Source: a virus
Lineage: Duplodnaviria > Caudoviricetes
Virus record (IMG/VR): IMGVR_UViG_3300014205_000218
Coordinates: 5,880-69,879 of that record
DNA: 64,000 bases
Direction: 5' to 3' (one strand)
The position numbers were made by a program, and so were the translations under genes. A model generated the notes under the pieces. The model worked only from the letters and a program-made list of their open reading frames with translations. It did no database searches and was not told the DNA's origin. Below are positions 19,695-27,406 of the stretch, piece after piece (the first letter of the stretch is position 1; the number at the start of each line of letters is the position of its first letter).

Positions 19695-19887
19695 GATAGG
19701 TATGAGCAAGGTGAGCAGGCCGATCATGATCAGGGTCACGGAGGACCAGCATAAATGGCTGCTCGCGTCGGCAAAGATGCACGGCTTGACTCTATCAAAC
19801 TACGTGCGCGAGAGACTACAGTTGCCCAAGCAAACATCCGGCACGCGTAACGATCTACCACCCAAGTCTGAGCAGCCGGGGCGGTGA
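19693..19887 (+). CDS. Ribbon-helix-helix regulator
   Basis: IMIRVTEDQHKWLLASAKMHGLTLSNYVRE. Confidence 0.7.
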   Translation: MIGMSKVSRPIMIRVTEDQHKWLLASAKMHGLTLSNYVRERLQLPKQTSGTRNDLPPKSEQPGR

Positions 19888-20297
19888 ATCTATGGAGCCG
19901 CTTCACAACTCCGGTTCCTTCAGGCCGTGAATCCTGGCATACTTTCTCGCAGCGGCGAAGGGATCAAAACCATTCTTGTATGTCAACACCTTCGGACCGT
20001 TGACTGTATCGATAGCGACCGAAGTGCCGGCAGATTCCACTTCTGCCACTTTTTCCGGCGCCTGCGCCGCGCGGCAACAATCAAATTTCCTAATCTGGGC
20101 GCATTTTAAGGTGCTCTTTCCGCATGGGCACCGCGGCACGTCACGGCGGATCGGACGGCCGCCGCCAATCGCAGCATTAATGCGTGCGCGAAGGCGAAGC
20201 GCCTGACTCATCGTGATCTCCACAGGAGAGTCGCTATCTCCATCTGTCGGCGGCAATTTGATAAGTAGCTTACGTTCGTCCATGGATTTTGAAATGC

Positions 20298-20412
20298 AAA
20301 CTAGTATTACTCTTGAGTGTAAACTAGCTTCACTCTAAAATGCAAGCTAGTTTCACTCAATAATATTTACTAGCTTCGCTCATAGAGTTAGACTAGCTTC
20401 GCTCATGATCTG
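20298..20412. repeat. Five 23-bp tandem repeats with a CTAG core (operator/iteron-like)
   Basis: CTAG at 20301, 20324, 20347, 20370 and 20393; core CTAGYWTYRCTC; variable linkers. Confidence 0.85.
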
Positions 20413-20416
20413 AGCC

Positions 20417-21058
20417 CTAGAGAGTAACCCGAATCTCCTTTCGATCGGCCAGGTCTTTGGCTTGTTCTTCGGCCAGTATGCGCTTAGTTCTCTCCTTCAT
20501 TTCTGGCGTCATCTTTGAGAATCTAATACGCTCTAATTCGGTCTGCATAGCCTCCTTCCATATCTGAACCATCGTCCCGTCCGACGTGACCTTTACGCTC
20601 CGGTACCGTAGTGCCTTTCGGGCCTGCATAAAGGAACAAGCCACCGACTTAGTTCTCGTTTCATTCGGACAAAAGATTCGGAGGACGTTTCTATTGGTCA
20701 CCCACCCAAGCATTTCCGCCCATACACTAGTACGGATAACTCTGGTGGCTTCCCTTTTAGCTTTCTCTGTCAACCTTGGCTGGGAGACGCGCCAAGCGTA
20801 AATAAGATTGCCGTGAGTTAATACCTTGACCGGGTTCTGAAGGCGGCGCTGCAACTTGCGGAACTGTTGAACGATAGAGGCCACCTCAAAGTCGTTTTCG
20901 CAGGTGATCCGGGCCGCTTGCCCGACCCTAATACTAGCCAGCAACTCGACCCACTTGCCGGTAACGCGCCCCACTGCATATCTGATTTTAGGCTCCGTGA
21001 GTGAGTCAAAAGGCACTTCAGATGCCGGGATATGCTCTATTGTCATACCTCTTTCCAT
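20417..21058 (-). CDS. Hypothetical protein
   Basis: 213-aa ORF overlapping the upstream gene end; no recognised family. Confidence 0.55.
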   Translation of the reverse strand: MERGMTIEHIPASEVPFDSLTEPKIRYAVGRVTGKWVELLASIRVGQAARITCENDFEVASIVQQFRKLQRRLQNPVKVLTHGNLIYAWRVSQPRLTEKAKREATRVIRTSVWAEMLGWVTNRNVLRIFCPNETRTKSVACSFMQARKALRYRSVKVTSDGTMVQIWKEAMQTELERIRFSKMTPEMKERTKRILAEEQAKDLADRKEIRVTL

Positions 21059-21399
21059 CCTTTCGCGAGGCCATTCGAACGCGGATCAAGCCTGAGAAAC
21101 CGCGCGAGGTCATCGGTGTATAGCCATAGGTCATCGAAGTTCTGGGCGGCCGATTTAGCCCCCATCCAGAGCCACACAACACAATCCTCCTTTTTGATCT
21201 TCAGCCCGGCATCACTAGTGCTTCGAGCGCCGGCGTATTTCAAGCCCCGCAACGCATTGTCGCGATTCGCTTCACATGTGAAGTCCATACGGATGCGGAT
21301 CTTGGGGTTCGATTTGATAATCGCCAGAATACTCTCCCAGTAGCCATCGGCGTCATATTCCGGGAGTTGGATTTTATACCCTTCATTGATAAGTGTCAC
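21043..21399 (-). CDS. Hypothetical protein
   Basis: GTGA-coupled to the upstream Zn-ribbon gene. Confidence 0.55.
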   Translation of the reverse strand: MTLINEGYKIQLPEYDADGYWESILAIIKSNPKIRIRMDFTCEANRDNALRGLKYAGARSTSDAGLKIKKEDCVVWLWMGAKSAAQNFDDLWLYTDDLARFLRLDPRSNGLAKGWKEV

Positions 21400-21545
21400 T
21401 TCGAGCTCTCCTTCTTTGGCTTATTCCAATTGGGCGATCTGCACTCGGCGCAGCGCTTGGGCGTCTTGTCCGCATTACGCGGGAGCCATTCATAGCCACA
21501 CCTTGAGCAGACGCAAGCGGTACTTCTTATTCTGCGTTTCGGCAT
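21396..21545 (-). CDS. Small Zn-ribbon protein
   Basis: CSRCGYEWLPR...PKRCAECRSPNWN. Confidence 0.75.
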   Translation of the reverse strand: MPKRRIRSTACVCSRCGYEWLPRNADKTPKRCAECRSPNWNKPKKESSK

Positions 21546-21556
21546 AGATTCCGATT

Positions 21557-21601
21557 TCTCATTCACTGAGAAGTATATCATCTCATTCAATGAGAAATCA
21601 A
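21557..21601 (-). promoter_or_regulatory. Promoter overlapped by two 15-bp palindromic operators
   Basis: TTGATT-18-TATACT on minus; TCTCA-TTCAC-TGAGA (21557-71) and TCTCA-TTCAA-TGAGA (21581-95). Confidence 0.6.
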
Positions 21602-22094
21602 GTAGGGCGATATTCGGCTGAACCTGTTACTAGCCTTACTTTTTGGGGCCTGGGCCAATTATAGCGATTGTCCCCACTATCCTACTGATTCTATTCTTTT
21701 TTCTTTCTCTGGGGCTTAAGGGGGAATAATATATAAAACAGTTAGGTAATTAAAGGGCAGAAGAGGGGGTAGAAACGCGTACTTTAACATACTACACTCT
21801 AAGCCCCAGTAAAAAACCAGGCTAAGGTATCGGTATCTCCTTGAAACCAAAGGCTGGGGCCTGTGTTTTTGATTCATAATTCATTCCAGGCCCCAAAACC
21901 TGGCTCTCTATACCAGCCACTCCAAAATTCATCCATTCCCGGTAATCCACGCAGCGAGCGCGTAGCGCGAGCGTAGAGCTTCTATTGGGGTTTCTGTGGC
22001 CGGGGGAGGCCGGGGGTGTAGGGCCTCACCCGCTATCCCTTGCCCTGGGGTACGCGCTTGCACTACACTTGTAGTTTCAGCCCGCTACAAAACC

Positions 22095-22706
22095 ATGGCG
22101 AATCTTCAATCCACGTCCGCAATCGAGAAACTTCCGGCCAACATCAAGCAGGATGTGATTGATAAATTGATCGCTGGCACGTCTACGCGGGCTGTGTCGA
22201 CCTACCTCGCTACGAAGGGCTACAACATCGGGTTTACTGCCATCGCTCGCTACACGCGGAACACGATCAAGCCGGCTCTCAAGATGAGCGCCAAACTCTC
22301 ACGCCTAGACAATGATCTGTCCCATAGTGAGACTACTGTGGTAGATAAGACACGTGTCATTTCTGCCACAACGAATGCCGCGCTGGCGGCGGGACCGATC
22401 CTCGCCCGGCTAGATCGCAAGTTTGCTCGGCTAGACAAGGGGCTTGTAAGTACCTCAGAATCAGGCGATTACGATAGCCAAGCGAAACTTGAGGCGCAGG
22501 AGTCCAAAGCAATTGAACTGCTTGGCAAGGCCACGCTGGACCCCGGTTTTGTCCAGTCCGCGCAACCGGCCTCCTCGGACGCTCGGGTCATTATAGTGAT
22601 GCCAATGGCTAATGACGCTAGGCTTATGGCATGGCAGGCGAAGCAGAGAGAGGCGGAGGAGGGCAGGGTGATTGAGGTATCGTCTGTGCCACAAACGAAC
22701 GATTGA
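22095..22706 (+). CDS. Putative terminase small subunit / DUF3486 (Mu gp27-like)
   Basis: SAIEKLPANIKQDVIDKL N-terminus, HTH-like region, C-terminal VIIVMP; first rightward gene after a long non-coding gap. Confidence 0.55.
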   Translation: MANLQSTSAIEKLPANIKQDVIDKLIAGTSTRAVSTYLATKGYNIGFTAIARYTRNTIKPALKMSAKLSRLDNDLSHSETTVVDKTRVISATTNAALAAGPILARLDRKFARLDKGLVSTSESGDYDSQAKLEAQESKAIELLGKATLDPGFVQSAQPASSDARVIIVMPMANDARLMAWQAKQREAEEGRVIEVSSVPQTND

Positions 22707-22913
22707 GGCACGCGATTATCGCAAGCATTAAACCCTTTGTTTGCTTGGTCATTCGGCTGCTTAAGGCTGGACGTTTATGGCACAGTGTTGGCTGGTATGG
22801 GTCAGTGGGCGTGGTGGATCGGTGGCGAGACAAGCCGGGCTTCCGGCATGGGGTCGGCCAGCCCCCCCCCCGGCCCCATCTCACAGACTTTTGAGTCCCG
22901 ACCGGCGCGTAGT

Positions 22914-23540
22914 CTAATTCTCCACAGACAAATCCACCACTTCCCCGGAAAGTTTAGGTCCCATCTGGCCGATGGCCCGCTGGATAGTGGAAGGTTTCGC
23001 CCCCAACGCCTTAGCAATCTCCCTTACAGAAGCGCCGGAGCGGTGTAAATCGAAAACGCGCTGCCGATCGAATACGGCCGGTCGGCGCCCGAGTATTGCC
23101 CCTTGCGCTTTGGCTCGTTCCAGCCCGGCGATGGTGCGTTCTGAGATGCGGATACGCTCCTGCTTGGCAATTGTGGCAAGGATCGACATTACAGCGTCCT
23201 TGAAGATTCCGCAGGAATCGAGGTACTGCTCGGTATAGGATTTGAAGCCGACGCCGCTCGCCTCCAGCCGATTGAGGTAGTTCAGCGTTTCGCGAACGCC
23301 TTCCCTTGAAAACCGATCCAGGCTCCAAAACAGGACAACATCAAATCTTCGCTTCGCGGCGTCGGCAAAGAGCGCCTTGAACTGGCTCCGATCGCCGGAT
23401 TTGGCGCTGGCGTGGTCGATGTACTCGTGGGTGAGCGTATACCCGTGCTTCAGGGCATATTCCCGGAGGTGAGGTAGTTGGTTCTCGGTATCCTGACCTT
23501 TGTCTTTAGTCGAAACACGGGCATAAATGACGGCTTTCAT
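22914..23540 (-). CDS. Serine recombinase (resolvase/invertase) with C-terminal HTH
   Basis: IYARVST catalytic Ser, SLDRFSR, ERIRISERTIAGLERAKAQGAILGRRP, and HTH. Confidence 0.93.
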   Translation of the reverse strand: MKAVIYARVSTKDKGQDTENQLPHLREYALKHGYTLTHEYIDHASAKSGDRSQFKALFADAAKRRFDVVLFWSLDRFSREGVRETLNYLNRLEASGVGFKSYTEQYLDSCGIFKDAVMSILATIAKQERIRISERTIAGLERAKAQGAILGRRPAVFDRQRVFDLHRSGASVREIAKALGAKPSTIQRAIGQMGPKLSGEVVDLSVEN

Positions 23541-23659
23541 GCTGGTAGTGTGCCATAATCGTGTACCTAAATGCAATAGGGATCGATAGGTAACAAATAA
23601 GCGCAGTAACAATGAAAATTCAAAACAATACGGCACAAAAATGTTCTGGTGATAGTATA

Positions 23660-23878
23660 ATGAAGATGAAGCCAGTGTATACGCCTGAAGAAGTTGCCGA
23701 AAAGCTCAAGGTAGGGAAGCCGACTGTGATGCGGTTGCTGAACAGTGGCGACCTTGTCGGGTCGCGGATCGGCCACAAGACATGGCGGATTACAGAAGAG
23801 GAACTAGAACGGTTTCTGGAGTCGAAAAAGGAGAAAAAGACTCCATCCTCATTAGGCGCGTTGGACACATCGGAGTGA
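23660..23878 (+). CDS. Excisionase-like HTH DNA-binding protein
   Basis: YTPEEVAEKLKVGKPTVMRLLNSGDL...WRITEEEL; TATAAT at 23656-61 suggests a possibly leaderless transcript. Confidence 0.85.
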   Translation: MKMKPVYTPEEVAEKLKVGKPTVMRLLNSGDLVGSRIGHKTWRITEEELERFLESKKEKKTPSSLGALDTSE

Positions 23879-23907
23879 ATTCAAAAATTCACAACAAGGA
23901 GGTTGCT

Positions 23908-24549
23908 ATGGCAACCACACAAGCAAAGACAGTATCGATCAAGGCTCCGAATTTCGGATTTGCCGAGTTCATGATTAAAGGGACGGAGGTCCTGGTTCAG
24001 CATCGGTTTTCGGCAAAGACGAAGGCCGAGATGAAGCAGAAGATGGAGATTGGGAAGGCCGCGGCGGGGAAGAAGAACAGAGAAGCAAAGGATACCGATC
24101 AGACGTTCAATGAGGCCCGGTACATTAGCCGGGAAGGGTGGGACGGTTTTAATGCCGCGGCTTTACGATCAGCGATGATTAGCGCCTGCCGGTTGGTGAA
24201 TTTCAAAATGACCCTCGCGAAGATGTCGATTTTTGTTGAGGCCGACGGCTATGACAAGTTGGAGCCTCAGATCCCGCTGATTCGTATTCACGGCAAGCCG
24301 GTCAAGCAGGAAGATATGGCTCGCGTACAGACAGGCCAACCGTATGTGACAGTCCGGGCGGCGTACCACGATTGGAAGGCGAAGATTCGCATTCGCTGGG
24401 ATGCGGATCAGTTCACGCTTGAAGACGTAACAAACCTACTGTCGCGCGTCGGGATGCAGGTCGGGCTCGGCGAAGGGCGACCGGATAGCAAGAATTCCGC
24501 CGGTATGGGATGGGGCCTGTTTGAAGTGGAGGGATCGAAAGCGGCATGA
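23908..24549 (+). CDS. Stand-alone Cas7/RAMP-like protein (candidate effector of a VIPR-type RNA-guided system)
   Basis: AAGGAGG RBS; beta-strand IKGTEVLVQH, helix GFNAAALRSAMISA, C-terminal Gly-rich loop VGLGEGRPDSKNSAGMGWGLFEV; upstream of the GGY-NN array. Confidence 0.75.
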   Translation: MATTQAKTVSIKAPNFGFAEFMIKGTEVLVQHRFSAKTKAEMKQKMEIGKAAAGKKNREAKDTDQTFNEARYISREGWDGFNAAALRSAMISACRLVNFKMTLAKMSIFVEADGYDKLEPQIPLIRIHGKPVKQEDMARVQTGQPYVTVRAAYHDWKAKIRIRWDADQFTLEDVTNLLSRVGMQVGLGEGRPDSKNSAGMGWGLFEVEGSKAA

Positions 24550-25061
24550 GTGACTCGGCGATTGTTTCAGAACTGCGGCGCATAGCGGAAGTAAACGGCG
24601 GCGAGTTACGGCCGGCAGATGTCGTTGAAGCTGCCCGTATTGAAACATCGCCGCTTCATCCTCAGTTTGACTGGGATGATACGGAGGCCGCCCAAAAGTG
24701 GCGGCTTCACCAGGCCAGGAGGCTGATTAAGGTCACTGTCGAGTATATCGGCGGCGATGAAGTGAAGATCCCTGCTCGGGTATTCGTAAGCCTGACGACT
24801 GATCGCCACAACGGGACCGGCTATCGAGTGTTGGCGGCAGTGATGTCCAATTCCGAGCATCGAAAGCAGTTAATGGCGGATGCACTCGCGGATATGCAGC
24901 GATTTGAGAAGAAGTATTCAGAACTGAAGGAACTTACTGATGTGTTCATGGCAATGCGGAATGTCAAGAAGGTAAAGTCAAGCCTTGATGACCCGATGCC
25001 GTGGCCGGCGGATTTCAGCGCAGTCCGCCCGGCGGATGCGCTGAAGCGCGCGTCAGTGTAA
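24546..25061 (+). CDS. Accessory protein coupled (ATGA) to the RAMP-like gene
   Basis: GELRPADVVEAAR...SPLHPQFDWDDTEAAQKWRLHQARRLI; stop codon 12 bp before the array. Confidence 0.75.
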   Translation: MSDSAIVSELRRIAEVNGGELRPADVVEAARIETSPLHPQFDWDDTEAAQKWRLHQARRLIKVTVEYIGGDEVKIPARVFVSLTTDRHNGTGYRVLAAVMSNSEHRKQLMADALADMQRFEKKYSELKELTDVFMAMRNVKKVKSSLDDPMPWPADFSAVRPADALKRASV

Positions 25062-25073
25062 GGGTTGTATCTC

Positions 25074-25404
25074 GGCTTGGATTGGTTGGGCAGGCTAGGC
25101 GAGGCTAGGCACGGCTAGGCACGGCTTGGCAAGTTAAGGTAATGCAGGCGAGGTCTGGCGGGGCACGGCAAGGTGAGGCGCGGCGCGGCATGGTAATGCA
25201 GGCGAGGCAGGGAGCGGTAGGGCATGGCGCGGCGCGATAAGGCAGGACAGGCGAGGCGGGGCAAGGATGGGCAGGGTGAGGCAAGATACGGCAGGCGAGG
25301 CGTGGGCCGGTATTGCTAGGTCGGGAATGGTTAGGTAATGCAGGCTAGGTGAGGCGGGGTGAGGCCCGGCTGGGCCAGGCGGGGCACGGCAGGCAAGACA
25401 TGCA
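25074..25404 (+). ncRNA. GGY-NN pentamer array (candidate multi-guide RNA precursor), about 6 units
   Basis: 59 pentamers, 50 starting GGC/GGT; units of 8-10 pentamers plus a 4-nt linker; junction GCAGGC(G/T)AGG recurs; NN positions are variable. Confidence 0.85.
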
Positions 25405-25419
25405 GGGTAAATAAACCAC

Positions 25420-25644
25420 ATGACTAAAAACAAACTCTCGAAAGAAGCACTCAAGTTTTTCCGCGAAGCAGGCCGCGATGGTGGGTTGAAGGGTGGCGCT
25501 GAAGGCGGCAAGAAGGCCGCTGGAAACATGACTCCCGAGCAGCGCCGTGAAAGGGCAAAGAAGGCCTCTACTGCGGCAGCGGAGAAGCGAAAGAAGGCAG
25601 CGGAGAAGCGAAAAGGTAAAGCATCCAAGAAAAAGCCATCATAA
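25420..25644 (+). CDS. Small basic protein with KGG-like motif
   Basis: GRDGGLKGGAEGGKKAAGNMTPEQRRERAKKA. Confidence 0.7.
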   Translation: MTKNKLSKEALKFFREAGRDGGLKGGAEGGKKAAGNMTPEQRRERAKKASTAAAEKRKKAAEKRKGKASKKKPS

Positions 25645-26914
25645 CCACCCATGCCCCACTCCAACCCCGACAACATCACGGTAATCACAGACGCGCTGAT
25701 ATCAGGCATTCACGGCCCGATCGCGGCCGGAGATGTGATAGTGATTCGGAATTGGGATGACGGCCCGGCGGCGTGGGAAGTGAGATTTGGTCCATTCACG
25801 GAAGAAGAGATCACGGAGGCGCGGAGGGTCGCCGGGAGGAAGATATGAAACACATCGCCACAGTTTACGGCTTAAACGTTGACGATAACGGCGATCCGAG
25901 ATGTGAGCGGATCGAATGTAACCGAGCCCACCGCCCGCTGTATATGTTCTATCCATTGGGCGAATTCACGCAATGCCCGCTATCTCTAGTGGAGTGGCCC
26001 GGCCACTTGCCGACGGCGGAGTTAGGAGACATGGTTGTCGATTTGCTTCTACGGGGCTCGACGGTAGAGTTCAGCCGGCGTGGGATATGGGGAGTGGAGG
26101 CGAGGGCCGAATAATGCCTGACATCGGAATCGATCCACAGAAAGCAATCGCGGAATGGGAGCGCCGGAAAGCCATCAAGGCCGCTGAGGCCGCGGTGATA
26201 GAGGCGGCTATCCCAGTGGGGATCTATGGTGACGACTGGAGCCCTGACGACATGAAGGAACTAAATCTCGCGGTTCGGGAGTTACTTGAAGCGCGGTGTG
26301 TTGAAGTTGATGCTCGGTTTGTAAATGAGAGAGTCCAGATCGGCGGCGCATACGGCGGCCCCGACTTGGAGGTGGTAAATGAAGCGTAGATCGTTGCTCG
26401 GGATGCTCGCGGCAGTATTTGTGGGAATGTTTCGCCCGGCGAAGGCGCCCGCAGCGCTGCGGCCCGCGCCGGAGTGGAAAAGGCTAATGATCGTGACAAC
26501 CATTGATCGTGAGCGGCATATTGTTCGAGTGTGCCCGCCTGATAAGGTTGAGCCATCTGAAGAGGTTTCACTCAGCCCTAAATCAGTGGAGAAACTGGAG
26601 GCCAGTGGTTACTTGACGGCTAGGATGGTAGTTCTGTTTGGCCCCCTGGCCGATGACATCGAGATCGTCCGTAAACTTGGAGCGCCGATATTGTGGGCCG
26701 GGGATCACATCGGCGGGATTTCGGGTACAGTCAACCGTTCAGAGGGGACCGATAAATGAACCAGAATGAAAAATCTCACTTTTTCGCAGGAGCCTCAGTT
26801 GGTTTCGCAGTGGGAATATCGATCACTTTGATAATCGCCGCCGTAGCGACCTGGCGCTTTGCCCCCTAAAACATTCCCCCACAAAAACGTTTCAAACATA
26901 ACCCATAACACCCG

Positions 26915-26955
26915 TTGACAGCCTCCATCGCCTCCCTGTATACTACACTTGTAGT
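26915..26955 (+). promoter_or_regulatory. Strong late promoter with operator at the start site
   Basis: TTGACA-18-TATACT followed by the palindrome ACTACA-CT-TGTAGT (also at 22062-75). Confidence 0.7.
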
Positions 26956-27406
26956 CCAACAGTCTTGATCTACGTGTATCTCCACTGATCTTGCCGACCC
27001 GGCGGAGATAAGCGAAATCAAGAGCCCGTTTGGGGGCTAGCCAAATCCTGACGCAGGGGACTCCTGTCTCCAGCCCTTTAAAACCAAATGAAATTTAGGT
27101 CACGAGTAGCCGTGTATCGAAACGGCAAGTTTGCGTATTGGACACGCGCTCTGATTGCGGCGCAGCTTTGCGCGGCGCAGTATGCCAAGCGCGCGGATAA
27201 GGGCCGAATTGACCTGCCGGAGCGAGAAGCCACTGAGGACGCAGAGATGAAGAGGGCGTTAAAGGATTTTGCGGAATCCAAGCCACCGCGGTTGTGCTAC
27301 GGCGAGCATTCGACTCCGAATAAGGACCGGAAAAGGTTTGCGCCTTGCTACTTCCAGGCTCAAACCGGGCAGATGTCGGCTCATAGAACCGTGAGTTTTC
27401 GAGAGG

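Noticed and set aside
22861-22871. C10 homopolymer as a phase-variation tract
   Set aside because: It lies in a doubtful short ORF/intergenic region with no evident gene to switch.
25074-25404. Canonical CRISPR array or simple microsatellite
   Set aside because: No identical 25-40 bp repeats with unique spacers and no cas1/2. The NN positions are too diverse and the unit junctions too regular for slippage-derived satellite DNA.
25134-25709. 191-aa minus-strand ORF across the array and downstream gene
   Set aside because: Its Pro/Ala/Leu/Arg low-complexity sequence is a by-product of the GGY-NN repeat and the antisense KGG gene; no RBS or domain.
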